Source of the DNA: Macrostomum lignano
Lineage: Eukaryota
Assembly (NCBI GenBank): GCA_002269645.1
Contig: NIVC01003054.1
Location: forward strand, 58,561 to 122,560
Length of the DNA stretch: 64,000 nt
Reading direction: 5' to 3'
Shown here in pieces: positions 34,653-46,604 of the stretch; the stretch's first letter is position 1, and each line of letters opens with the position of its first letter. The translations under genes and the position numbers were made by a program. The notes below the pieces were generated by a model. The model was not told the DNA's origin. It ran no database searches and saw only the letters and a list, made by a program, of their open reading frames with translations.

Positions 34653-37148
34653 TTGATAGATAGAGATAGATAGATAGTTGATAGATAGATAGTTGATAGA
34701 TAGAGATAGATAGATAGTTGATAGATAGATAGTTGATAGATAGATAGATAGACAGACAGTCAGACAGATTGTGCATTGTCATACTGTATAGTATATTGTC
34801 GCAGTCTACTGTCAGTAGACAAAGTATCAGCGCGGAATTGAAAACACAACGTTGCAGAGGTCATATTTCGTACGCCATTGCAATCCTGTTGCTGATGAAT
34901 GCTCAGATGCGTTCGAAAGTACCATAGCATCTATGAACTTTTAATCAACTAATTATCTTTGATATGGTTGCATGCACGCTGCCGTTGCCTGTACTGAATG
35001 CTAGGAGGAGCGAGGAGCCTCTGCAACGTTAGAAAGCATGGTTAGGTTTGCAGTGTAAATTGCACAGCAAGCAGGCTGGTAATGACTGAGCCGCACCCTG
35101 CAGGCGCAATGGCCAGTCTGATGAGTCATTTCCGGGTCGCCGAGGACAGGCACGCCAAGCAGAAGGCCAACACCAGAAAGCACAATAGAAAATATGCCGT
35201 AAGATATTTGCGTGTGTGCGTGCACTTTGTGTAATTGGTGTTTAATTAGTGCGTTTACAATTGTTTACTTGAAATTGTTTTGGCGTTTCATAGACACTCT
35301 GCAACACCTATCAGAATCTGATTTTTCCTGGTGGGGTCAGTTGACCCCTTGACCTCCCCCTGAAATCGCGCTTTTTCAGGGAGGGGGTCACGTGACCCCC
35401 CTTCACCCACCGATTTTCTCAGGGATTGAGGTCAGCTGACCCCCTACACCCTCAAGAAGACACGTGACGTGACTCTCAACTAGTAATAAATTCTTATCAA
35501 TTCACGAGCGAATGAGCTAGACTGTACATCGCAGATAACAATGTACATTCGCTTCTGGGAGTGTAATAAAAAATCCTGAACTTAGGGCGCCGGCAATTAG
35601 GACGATTATACTACTGAATTAAAAGTAGCTGAATAGCATCTACAAAATCGAGTATCCAGCTAAGATTTATTAAATCCCCCCATACGAAATTCTTATTTTT
35701 TATACTTAATTTTTTGTTGATTAATTTATTAAAAATTATTCTATCGTCTTTATCGCAGACAGCGCCCTGCGCGCCGTCTACAATCCGATTCTGTCACACC
35801 GGAGCTCCTCTAGAAGGTGCTTGCGATTGAAATCGGTGCGTGAATTTGTGTGTGTGGCTGTGTGTGTGTGTGTGTGTGTGTGCGTGCGTACTCACTCGCC
35901 ACTCTCTGTTGCTGTACTGACAATTCAACGCCAACGCACTCCTTTATTCTTTGAATCTTTTTCATTATTATCACTCTGTGCCGGATGTGACCCTTTACTC
36001 CCTAAATCCCTGAATTTCAGCCCATCATTACCTGAATCTCAGCCCATCATTACCTGAATCTCGGCCCTATTAATCCCTGAATCTCAGCCTTATTAATCCC
36101 TTAATCTCAGCCCTATTAGTCCTTGAATCTCAGCCCACCATTCCCTGAATCTCGGCCCTATTAATCTCTGAATCTCGGCCCTATTAATCCCTGAATCTCG
36201 GCCCTATTAATCCCTGAATCTCAGACCTACAAATCCCTGAATCTCAGCCCTATTAATCCCTTACTCGGCCCATCATTCCCTTAAATCTCAGCCCTATTAG
36301 TCCTTGAATCTCAGTCCATCATTCCCTGAATCTCAGCCCATCATTCCCTGAATCTCAGCCCATCATTCCCTGAATCTCAGCCCATCATTCCCTGAATCTC
36401 AGCCCATCATTCCCTGAATCTCAGCCCATCATTCCCTGAATCTCAGTCCAAACCTGTCTCAGTCTCTCCCGCTAACGCCGCCACTGCAGCAGCTGCAGCC
36501 TCTCCCTTCCACCCCCCACCTTAGAAACTGTCGCGCCGCCAGAAGTCGTTCGAAGCGCTGCTACCCGAGCTGGCGCCGGACGAGCTGGAGCAGTACCGCC
36601 TGGTGCTCACCCGCGACTTCACCACCTCGGACGAGGAGAGCGAAGACGAGCGCGGCCGAGAACGGCTGCGCGTCCGCGAGCTGCCCTGGGAGTCGGACCG
36701 GGTCAAGGAGCTCAAGCGCCGCCTGGATGAGCTCTACCTGCGTCGGTTTGCAACGCACAAGCAGCGCGACCAGCTGGCCAGGTGCCGGCGTGACGGCAGC
36801 GCCAGGAGCAGCCGGCCTCCGCCTGAGTCCGCGCCAGACTGGGCTCTCCGACCGCTGCCCCTGCCTTCAGCCTCGGCGTCCCTGACTTCCGCCCAACCTC
36901 GCAACGGACCTGCCGCCAGCGACTGCAGCTTCGACGGGCTTAGCGGCGGCGCCAGAGGGTTCCAACTTGGAACCGGAAGTTCCACCGGAAGTTTCCAACT
37001 TGGAACCGGAAGCGGAAGCGGTTCTATGCCTGGAACAGGAAGTTTCTACGAAAATGCCCAAGGAAGCGGTGGATCCGGAACCGGAAGCGGCTCTGCTGCC
37101 GGAAATACTACCGGAAGCGAAGGCAGAAGCGGTTTTTTGACGAACTAA
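30121..37148 (+). CDS. C14orf93-like protein (~485 aa)
   Basis: Seen: exons 30121-30711, 31376-31541, 35759-35835 and 36525-37148 join in frame (1458 nt). The C-terminal pattern KLSRRQ...[12 protein letters not shown]...[20 protein letters not shown]...[14 protein letters not shown] matches my recollection of the C14orf93-like C-terminal domain (not searched). The true start may lie upstream. Confidence 0.7.
30726..30900. repeat. 33-bp minisatellite, intronic
   Basis: Seen directly; about 5 units. Confidence 0.85.
32598..34388 (+). mobile_element. mariner (DD34D) DNA transposon with 221-bp TIRs, inserted in a (GATA)n tract
   Basis: Seen: TA duplication at 32596-32597 and 34389-34390. TIRs 32598-32818 and 34168-34388 begin CGAGGGGCGTCCGG and differ at 11 of 221 positions. 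Total length 1791 bp; lies in intron 2 of the C14orf93-like gene. Confidence 0.95.
32975..34312 (+). CDS. mariner transposase (DD34D) with frameshift-extended C-terminus
   Basis: Seen: N-terminal HTH region, [18 protein letters not shown] (D1), HHDNARPH (D2) and YSPDLAPAD (D3) with 34 residues between D2 and D3. The last ~95 aa are read-through into the 3' UTR/TIR. Confidence 0.93.
   Translation: MNVHSKTGQRHAIFTLWSSGTKSADIHRQLCTAHGDHAVSKMTVSRWVGEFQAGRTDVSDMPRSGRSAIRDRSSLTDRILDLIDEDCRQSIREMANRLDCPKSTVHECLQKMNHVNLSARWVPRLLTEVMKLDRQQKCVNNLELVNQHGGWEAFRELIVTGDETWVPYFDPPTKQESMVWTVRGSDPPTKARRDRHSNKVMLTLFFDCNGPLTIEFLEPNSTINADRYVTSLTKLKSDICNKRRGKERPHILHHDNARPHTAAKTMQAIDQLNFELLPHPPYSPDLAPADFALFPELKRQLRGRVHNSRDHLESEVRRILLHQIPRNVYANAIDKMRDRWEKCIMSHVEKTTLRRQVYQPMNDFNVVRLCDNLLVICFTCFCCTVVFFVFFWSNYARDKSFLLTFLRFCKSMTDLSLLNRPYLLKHRSRSLAIGVILKKRLAAFK
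36000..36450. repeat. 22-bp minisatellite (TCCCTGAATCTCAGCCCATCAT)n, intronic
   Basis: Seen directly. Confidence 0.9.
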
Positions 37149-37842
37149 TAAGAAAACAGTTCTATCATGCTATCGCGGCAGCCTTGATTTGAAGGGACTA
37201 GTTTTCATACATAAGAAAAAATTTATTTAAATTTGTAAGCAACTCCTTATTTCAGCCTTTGTGTTGTATTATGTATATTATTTCTCTGTTAGTTGATATT
37301 TCTACTATGAATTCTGCTTATTATCTCTGTCTTTGTGTTGTTTTGCCATTTTTATAAGCAGTCAGTTTTGCATTTTCCCTGCCATCGAAGTTAATTAGCT
37401 TATTCTAATACTGTAGTTTACATGTAATACAACGTATTAATGCTGAATTATATGCTAATAGTATTAGCACACAATTTGCGCTTCATTATGTGGCCTAATT
37501 CATCATTCAACAATTCACTTTGCATGCATAATCATTGTACTAAATATAGATATTTAACGCCGCAATTAATAAATCAACTAGCTAGTCAAAATTGTTGTGT
37601 TGTAAAAATTAACTCATAAGTGGCTTGTTTTACAATAATCTACGAGAGTATTTATAAATTTACTGGAACAATAAGTACATCTGCTACGGAGAATTTAGTG
37701 CGAAAGTACTCGTGCAAATAATTTGAAATCGATTAAGCTAGCAGTGGGTATACTTGAATATGTACATGTAAATGGATAGATGTACGCACAGGCCGCATAA
37801 GGAATATCACGTGACTATAATCCCAACCCTCTTTTTTTCTGC

Positions 37843-38310
37843 CCCAGAGCCAACCCCATTTTATCGCTGGATAGCTAGCGGTCTTAAGTGAGGGTGTTTA
37901 TGCCCACTCCTAACCCCACCCCCATTCTATCCCAGAGCCAACCCCATTTTATCGCTGGATAGCTAGCGGTCTTAAGTGAGGGTGTTTATTTATGCCCACT
38001 CCTAACCCCACCCCATTCTATCCCAGAGCCAACCCCATTTTATCGCTGGATAGCTAGCGGTCTTAAGTGAGGGTGTTTTATGCCCACCCCTAACCCCACC
38101 CCCATTCTCTCTCAGAGCCAACCCCATTTTATCGCTGGATAGCTAGCGGTCTTAAGTGAGGGTGTTTATGTATGCCCACTCCTAACCCCACCCCCATTCT
38201 CTCCCAGAGCCAACCCCATTTTATCGCTGGATAGCTAGCGGTCTTAAGTGAGGGTGTTTTATGGCCACTCCTAACCCCACCCCATTCTCTCCCAGAGCCA
38301 ACCCCACAAC
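37843..38310. repeat. 88-93-bp tandem repeat, 5 copies plus a partial copy
   Basis: Seen directly; the unit starts CCCAGAGCCAACCCCATTTTATCGCTGGATAGCTAGCGG. Confidence 0.9.
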
Positions 38311-39319
38311 TCTATCACTGTATTGGTACGCCTATGTACATGTAGTTTTGAGCTGCTTCATTCGCTTTAAAGAAATGCAGTTGTTGCTTTGATGTTGATT
38401 TGAACAAAATTTACAACCACCATTGCAGTTAGGAAATCTATTTTTAAAGGGCTTCAAATCTGGCGCGCCTGAATTTTTCTGCATTATAAAGACAGCTAGA
38501 TACATATAGCTTTTGTCTGGCGTCTCCCTAGCACTTGTGATGTGTGTGTACTTCAACTGATCCACATACACACAGATGACTCTAGAGAAAGAAGCTCTCC
38601 ACTGAACAACATTTCTTTCGTATGTACACAGTTTCCCCATCCCGTCCCGCCCGACAGCGCGTAGGTTCCAGCAATCAGACCCGTACACAGGCACGCATTT
38701 TACTCGCTTAAGTTTGCTGTAGTCAAATGAGGCTTAAACTCCCATTTTCCTTCTCTCACCCCGCGCTATCTACTGTCACTGTCACCCGTGGCAACGCGGG
38801 CCTCATCACACCCCATCCCAGCAGCAGTTTTGTCTTATAATTAGTTTGGCTGTGTTGGGCTCATCGCTAGGGGGCAGGAGAAAACTGGAGCTGAGCTCTG
38901 AGCCTCTATCACTGGTGTGGATCGATATCATTTTGCTGCACAATGCGCTCGGCCAAGAAGTCTGTGAGTGCTAATAATTGCTTTAATAGTTATTAGTTAA
39001 TCCATGGTTATGCTTGCATCACGGACGCTTGCACTTATTTGCAAATTGTACGTGTTAAAGTCCTCTTCGAAGCCCTCCAGTGAGTCTTCTGTAGCTATAC
39101 AGACGGATTTCTTTGTCTATGGTGAAAAGTCGTTTAATCCAATGCAAAAAGCAAACCTTTGCGCGTACAATTGCTTTAAATAGGCTTTTTACCAGACAAA
39201 CAGACAGTCTGACAATGTAACTAGACTTGAGTTAAAGTACATTTCGACTTGGAAAACTTGAAGCTGATCTGGACTACATGTACTTGTCTACAGTAGCTTG
39301 CAGTACAACCTCCACTAAC

Positions 39320-40230
39320 CCATTTCTATCCCATCACTAACCCATCACTAACCCATCACTAACCCATCACTACCCCATCACTAACCCATCACTATCCCAT
39401 CACTACCTCATCACTAACCCATCACTAACCTATCACTAACCCATCACTACCCCATCACTAACCCATCACTAACCCATCACTAACCCATCACTACCTCATC
39501 ACTAACCCATCACTAACCCATCACTAACCCATCACTAACCCATCACTAACCCATCACTAACCCATCACTAACCCATCACTAACCCATCAATAACCCATCA
39601 CTAACCCATCACTATCCCATCACTACCTCATCACTAACCCATCAATAACCCATCACTAACCCATCACTAACCCATCACTAACCCATCACTAACCCATCAA
39701 TAACCCATCACTAATCCATCACTATCCCATCACTACCTCATCACTAACCCATCACTAACCCATCACTAACCCATCACTAACCCATCACTAACCCATCACT
39801 ATCCCATCACTACCTCATCACTAACCCATCACTAACCCATCACTATCCCATCACTACCTCATCACTAACCCATCACTAACCCATCACTAACCCATCACTA
39901 ACCCATCACTAACCCATCACTATCCCATCACTACCTCATCACTAACCCATCACTAACCCATCACTAACCCATCACTATCCCATCACTACCTCATCACTAA
40001 CCCATCACTAACCCATCACTAACCCATCACTATCCCATCACTACCTCATCACTAACCCATCACTAACCCATCACTAACCCATCACTAACCCATCACTACC
40101 TCATCACTAACCCATCACTAACCCATCACTAACCCATCACTAACCCATCACTAACCCATCACTAACCCATCACTATCCCATCACTACCTCATCACTAACC
40201 CATCACTACCCCCTCACTAACCCATCTCTA
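39320..40230. repeat. 11-bp minisatellite (CACTAACCCAT)n
   Basis: Seen directly; roughly 80 units. Confidence 0.95.
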
Positions 40231-40639
40231 CCCCATCGCAGATTAACTCCCAGCCTTCTAGCAACCACATGCTGTACGAGCGCGTAAAAAAGTGAACTGC
40301 CAATTCCTTTTCAGCCCCGAACTCGACTGAAGATGTACGCGGAAAAGCAGGAGGTTGTAGATTAGTAAGTCGCCATGGCTACTAGAAGTATTAAGATACT
40401 GAAACTTATTCAAGTATTTCCGATGGTGCTCAATGTTTTTTCAGTATCGACTTTTTGCAGCGGCCAGCCTCGGCGCCACGCGCACAGAACTCAAAAGCGC
40501 AGCAGAGAAGTCGCGATGATGGACAGGGTAAAATTTGATTCTGTTTGCTTTTGCAACTTTTGCAACTTTTTTGCCACTGATTTTTGCATGGTCCCGGTGA
40601 TTTCACTGCTCTCTCCTCTCCCCATCTCAGTCTTCCTCT

Positions 40640-41280
40640 CTATTCCCCACCCCTATTTTCCTCTCTGCCTCTCCCTCTCTGCCTCTCCCTCTCTGCCTCT
40701 CCCTCTCTGCCTCTCCCGCTCTGCCTCTCCCTCTCTGCCTCTCTCTCTCTGCCTCTCCCTCTCTGCCTCTCCCTCTCTGCCTCTCCCTCTCTGCCTCTCC
40801 CTCTCTGCCTCTCCCTCTCTGCCTCTCCCTCTCCCTCTCTGCCTCTCCCTCTCTGCCTCTCCCTCTCTGCCTCTCCCTCTCCCTCTCTGACTCATCATCT
40901 CTGCCTCTCTCTCTCTGCCTCTCTCTCTCTACCTCTCCCTCTCTGCCTCTCCCTCTCTGCCTCTCCCTCTCTGCCTCTCCCTCTCTGCCTCTCCCTCTCC
41001 CTCTCTGCCTCATCATCTCTGCCTCTCCCTCTCTGCCTCATCATCTCTGCCTCTCCCTCTCTGCCTCATCATCTCTGCCTCTCCCTCTCTGCCTCTCCCT
41101 CTCTGCCTCATCATCTCTGCCTCTCCCTCTCCCTCTCTGCCTCATCATCTCTGCCTCTCCCTCTCTGCCTCTCCCTCTCTGCCTCATCATCTCTGCCTCT
41201 CCCTCTCCCTCTCTGCCTCATCATCTCTGCCTCTCCCTCTCTGCCTCTCCCTCTCTGCCTCTCCCTCTCTGCCTCTCCAT
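40640..41280. repeat. 14-bp CT-rich minisatellite (GCCTCTCCCTCTCT)n
   Basis: Seen directly. Confidence 0.9.
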
Positions 41281-41889
41281 CCACTGTCCTTTTCTCCTCT
41301 CCCTCTCTCCCTCCATCATACGAGTATCACGCTTCTCACTCATCCCCTCCCCTTTTCTATTACAGTCATGCTGCCACTCAAACCCTCAGTGACAGATTTC
41401 CAATTTCTAGAAGTTTGGCTTTTTCAATGTAATATAACAAAATTCTTTGCTCAAGAATGAGTGCCCGCACAGGTCGCTAACCAAGAAATTGATTCAATCC
41501 AAAGCAAATGAAACCTGAGCCAAATAGGAGTTCCCATGTGTTATTAATATCTGCAACATGATCTTCTAGGAGAGGTTAAAGCAAGCAATAAGCTGGCTCA
41601 GTGCCTTGCTCTGCTAGTGAAAAGTGAAAGCTTTATTTGCTTCACAGTTTGAGAGCAGACAAAGTTCTATAATTGCAGCATATAATTGCTGGCTTCATCT
41701 GTTTGCTTGCAAAGAAAATAATTGTGTGTCGAGTTCGGGGTGGGGGGCTCAGATTGAGGTAGATTTATTACTGAGCAATATAAATATGCACAGCAAATGA
41801 GACCGTTCTCAAACAAACCTTGAGTTATTCGCTACTTTCTATACTTGCAAGTCTCAGCTAACAAAGCTTAAAAATATTTGAGAACGAAA

Positions 41890-44256
41890 ATGACCAGCCC
41901 GAATTCCAATCGTAAAAAGCGACAACTAACAATGTCAGAACTGATTGCAAAGTTTGAGCATCGACTTAATTTGGGTAAGCATAAAATATTAGTATAATGA
42001 TAATATATTGTTATTATGGGACCATTTTGTATGTCTGTCTAGGAGACGGCAACAATAGACTTGGCCGACAAAGACCGCGACAATTTGGACGGCAACGAAG
42101 CGAAGGCGACGGCGAGCGTGGAAGAAAGAACGTAGATAATGCTGAGAGCGATGATGAGGTCGAAGAGGAAGGTGAGAAGCGGCCAGTGAAAGATTCCAAA
42201 GGCGCCAAGGGTGGTGAATTTAATATTTATGGCGATTAAATATATAGCGGCATAATGCGATAGATAAAATATGATTCATGTCGATAGATAAGATGTGATT
42301 TATGGCGATTGACAAGATATGATTAATGGCGATTGATAAGAGAATAATTGATAGCGATTGATAAGATATGATTAATGGCGATTGATAAGATATGATTAAT
42401 GGCGATTGATAAGATATGATTTATGGCGATTGATAAGGTGTGATTTATGGCGATTGATAAGATATGATTAATGGCGATTGATAAGAGAATAATTGATAGC
42501 GATTGATAAGATATGATTTATGTTGATAGATAAGATATGATTAATGGCGATTGATAAGATATGATTTATGGCGATTGATAAGATATGAGTAATGGCGATT
42601 GTTAAGATATGATTTATGGCGATTGATAAGATATGATTTATCGCGATTGATAAGATATGATTTATGGCGATTGATAAGATATGATTTATCGCGATTGATA
42701 AGATATGATTTATGGCGATTGATAATGTATGATTTATGCTGATAGGTAAGATATGATTTATGGCGATAGATAAGATGTGATTTATGGCGATTGATAAGAT
42801 ATGATTTATGGTAATTAATAATATTTTTACAAATACTTTATTACTTATTAATTTACGGATCAAACACAGATAACAACGCCCAATCAAACCATCTCGCTCC
42901 CTAAGGCCGTCGACCAGCTGTTGCCGACTCGACAGACGACGACGCCGGTTCGTCACGCGGCGTCCGTCGGCAACCGCGGAGGCACCGGATTCGAACCCAG
43001 TTTCCTCGGCCTGCTCCTGACTTGCTGGCCGCCGTGCCGGGCCTCGGCCACCCGGACCTCAACGCCGGCCAGCGCAGGTACCTGCGCGCCACCGCCAGCA
43101 TCTACAGCGTCGACTGGGCCTGGCGGGCGCTCCGGGACGGCCACTGCGACCTGCTCAAGCACGAGCTCGGAAAGAGTGGGTTGCCAGGGCTGGCCTGGGT
43201 CAGGTGGATGGGTCAGGTGGATGGGTCAGGTGGATGGGTCAGGTAGATGGGTCAGGTGGATGGGTCAGGTAGATGGGTCAGGTGGATGGGTCAGGTGGAT
43301 GGGTCAGGTAGATGGGTCAGGTGGATGGGTCAGGTAGATGGGTCAGGTGGATGGGTCAAGTGGATGGGTCAGGTGGATGGGTCAGGTAGATGGGTTAGGT
43401 GGACGGGTCTGGCGGATGGGTCAAGTGGATAAATCAAGTGGATGGGTCAGGTGGATGGGTCAGGTGGATGGGTCAGGTGGATATGGGTCAGGTGGATGGG
43501 TCAGGTTGATGGCTCTGGCGGATGGGTCAAGTGGATAAATCAAGTGGATGGGTCAGGTGGATGGGTCAGGTGGATGGGTCAGGTGGATATGGGTCAGGTG
43601 GATGGGTCAGGTGGATATGGGTCAGGTGGATGGGTCAGGTTGATGGGTCAGGTGGATGGGTCAGGTGGATGGGTCAGGTGGATGGGTCAGGTGGATGGGT
43701 CAGGTGGATAGGTCAGGTGGATGGGTCAGACTGGTGACGTCAGCCTGACGGGCGGATTATGCGCCTTTGTCGTAATTTGACAAATAAACATTTTATGTGA
43801 TGTGGTTATTAATTAGTTTTGCAACTTGCAGGCGGCAGCGAGGTGCATAAACAGCACACAGACTGGATCTACGGCCGCCACAAGCGCCTGTTCCAGACCG
43901 ACCCGTCCGTGTGGCGAAAATCCAGGTGTGTTAATATTCTATAATTTTCCAGCTCTCTACTGTAAGTAGCAGATAGAAAACATAACATATACATATAAAT
44001 TTTTTGTTTTTATTTCGCAATTTTTATTCTCAGACTCCGCTCGGTTAGCGCTACTGTTAGTAGTGGAAAAAGGCAAGAAAAGTTTGACAGCGAACAGAAG
44101 CCGCGAAACAGCCGTCAAAACGAGGAGGCGGCGGCGGCGGCGGCGACATCAAACGAACGGCGACGCAAAGCTTCGAAAACTCGAGCGAGAAGCGCCTCCA
44201 ACAGACGAAATTCCGGTAGGGCTGAAAAGTATTCACGTCCAAGGTGTCCAAAATAA
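41890..44256 (+). CDS. FAM216-like protein (~279 aa)
   Basis: Seen: exons 41890-41974, 42043-42210, 42906-43175, 43832-43925 and 44034-44256 join in frame (840 nt) with GT-AG sites. The motif DLNAGQRRYLRATASIYSVDWAWRAL resembles the LNxGQxRYxxxxxxIY core of FAM216 proteins as I recall it (inference). The exon structure is better supported than the family call. Confidence 0.6.
42255..42810. repeat. 24-bp minisatellite (GATTTATGGCGATTGATAAGATAT)n, intronic
   Basis: Seen directly. Confidence 0.9.
43198..43730. repeat. 13-bp minisatellite (GGTCAGGTGGATG)n, intronic
   Basis: Seen directly. Confidence 0.9.
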
Positions 44257-44264
44257 AATTCCCT

Positions 44265-44405
44265 CATTAGTGGGCGCCAAGATTCCCTCCTCAGTGGGCG
44301 CCAAGATTCCCTCCTCAGTGGGCGCCAAGATTCCCTCCTCAGTGGGCGCCAAGATTCCCTCCTTAGTGGCGCCAAGATTCCCTCCTTAGGGGCGCCAAGA
44401 TTCCC
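44265..44405. repeat. 24-bp minisatellite (AGTGGGCGCCAAGATTCCCTCCTC)n
   Basis: Seen directly. Confidence 0.85.
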
Positions 44406-44889
44406 TGCCAACTTATCTTAACGTATTTTTAATTCTTTCAAAATTCTACTTACGACACATATCGGTAGCTATCGCCTACACAAACATAAAGAATTAGGTC
44501 GCAAAAAACGCCTTTAATTTGATGCAGGAACTGACCAGTCTCCAAGCAGACAGCAGTCTTCAACCTCTATGGCCAAGAATGGTCGGCATGGCTCCCGATC
44601 GTCCTCTCCGGATGAGGGGCAGAAGGATTTAAACAAAATTATGTACTGAATAAGCACGACACTACTATATTAAATAACATTTGACTTACTGTGTAATACA
44701 ATCGGATTTCTGAAGCTTAAATTACAACCTCCTGTTTGTTATTCTATTTCTAAATTCTGATTAATATTTTTTGCAATCGATTATCTATTTTTACGAAGAT
44801 TCACCCAGAGAATATAAAAATATAATTAATAATATTCATTTTTTTTGTTAAGCAAATTCTCTTGTTGCGCGTTTGGAAAGGTCACATTC

Positions 44890-45228
44890 GGGATCGTAGC
44901 CCAGTGGTCTGGCGGTGTGCCAGCGGCCCAGGCTCGATTCCAAGTGCAGTCACATTAACTTGGGGCTGAATTGGAATCTCGGCTTGGCTCTGCTCGTGCA
45001 ATTAACGGCCTTGAGGGCCAACCCCCAAGGCACAGTGAAGTGTACATGCCTAACGATAAATAAAGTCAGGGCCGCTGTACACTCCTGTGTGAGTGTGTGC
45101 CTGTGCGTATGACTGCGTACGTATCCGCGCGTTTGTGTGCCTGCTCAGGGGAGTCGGCGGAGTGTGCAGTAATGCCTCTCGCCGGTTGAGTGACAATGCC
45201 GCTTGAAGTGCGACATTAAATCAGGCTG
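44890..45228 (+). mobile_element. tRNA-derived SINE
   Basis: Seen: a 7-nt leader GGGATCG, then A-box TAGCCCAGTGG (44897-44907) and B-box GGCTCGATTCC (44931-44941), a ~280-nt unique body, and an end running into an AT-rich tandem array. No cloverleaf and no TSD found. Confidence 0.5.
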
Positions 45229-46100
45229 TAAACACATTTATAAACTGTAATAAAACTGTAAACACAATTGTTTATACTGTAATCAAATTGTAAATACAAG
45301 TATGAAAACTGTAATAAAACTGTAAACACAAATGTTTATACTGTAATAAAACTGTAAACACAAATGTTTAAACTGTAATAAAACTGTAAACACAAATGTT
45401 TAAACTGTAATAAAACTGTAAACACAAATGTTTATACTGTAATAAAACTGTAAACACAAGTGCTTAAACTGTAATAAAACTGTAAACACAAGTGTTTAAA
45501 CTGTAATAAAACTGTAAACACAAATGTTTAAATTGTAATAAAACTGTAAACACAAATGTTTAAACTGTAATAAAACTGTAAACACAAATGTTTATACTGT
45601 AATAAAACTGTAAACACAAGTGTTTAAACTGTAATAAAACTGTAAACACAAATGTTTAAACTGTAATAAAACTGTAAACACAAATGTTTATACTGTAATA
45701 AAATTGTAAACACAAGTGCTTAAACTGTAATAAAACTGTAAACACAAGTGTTTAAACTGTAATAAAACTGTAAACACAAGTGTTTAAACTGTAATAAAAC
45801 TGTAAAAACAAATGTTTATACTGTAATCAAATTGTAAACACAAGTGTTTAAACTGTAATAAAACTGTAAACACAAATGTTTAAACTGTAATAAAACTGTA
45901 AACACAAGTGTTTAAACTGTAATAAAACTGTAAACACAAATGTTTAAACTGTAATAAAATTGTAAACACAAGTATGTAAACTGTAATAAAACTGTAAACA
46001 CAAATGTTTAAACTGTAATAAAACTGTAAACACAAATGTTTATACTGTAATCAAATTGTAAACAAAAGTATGTAAACTGTAATCAGACTGTAAACACAAA
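45228..46100. repeat. 32-bp AT-rich minisatellite (AAACTGTAATAAAACTGTAAACACAAATGTTT)n
   Basis: Seen directly; abuts the SINE 3' end. Confidence 0.95.
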
Positions 46101-46604
46101 TCTGTAATTTAGGGCCTTAGAATTTAAATTTCACACAGTTGACAAAACAAAAATACGATTAAATAGTTTTGCTAATTTTGTACTACTACTTACATTCGGT
46201 ACTTATTAGTAGTGCAGGAGTAAATTTGTGAAGTGACTAATCTAGGTGCATATTATCTGTGGTTTACAAGCTGTAGTTGGAAAGACAAAAAAACGAAAAA
46301 AGAAGTTTTTCAACGACAAACAAAATAGGTGTATTCAGAATTGCAGTGTCTTACCTTGAATTGCAAAGTTCTTCACGCAAAAATCTTCAAGCACACCCAA
46401 CTGCCCTCACTTTTGCTACTTCATTTCACAAGAATGAGCTGCGTTACCTGATTAATTCCACACTGTACTGACCTGGCTGAGGTTAAGAAAACTGTCTCCA
46501 AGCTCTGACATTGTACTCTCTCACTGTCGCCTCGGCCCTTCGAAGGGGACCCTTAAAAATTGTTCGACTGTAAGAGAATTTTTAGGGGCCCTCTCCCTCC
46601 ACCC

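Larger units (their letters stand above)
31560..34760. repeat. (GATA)n microsatellite tract interrupted by a duplicated exon fragment and the mariner
   Basis: Seen: GATA runs within 31560-31930, 32040-32597 and 34389-34760. Confidence 0.9.

Noticed and set aside
39320-40230. Interstitial telomeric repeat
   Set aside because: The unit is 11 bp (CACTAACCCAT); it contains CTAACCC but is not tandem CCCTAA.
44890-44960. tRNA gene
   Set aside because: A and B boxes are present but spaced too closely, with no anticodon arm or acceptor-stem pairing; treated as a SINE head.
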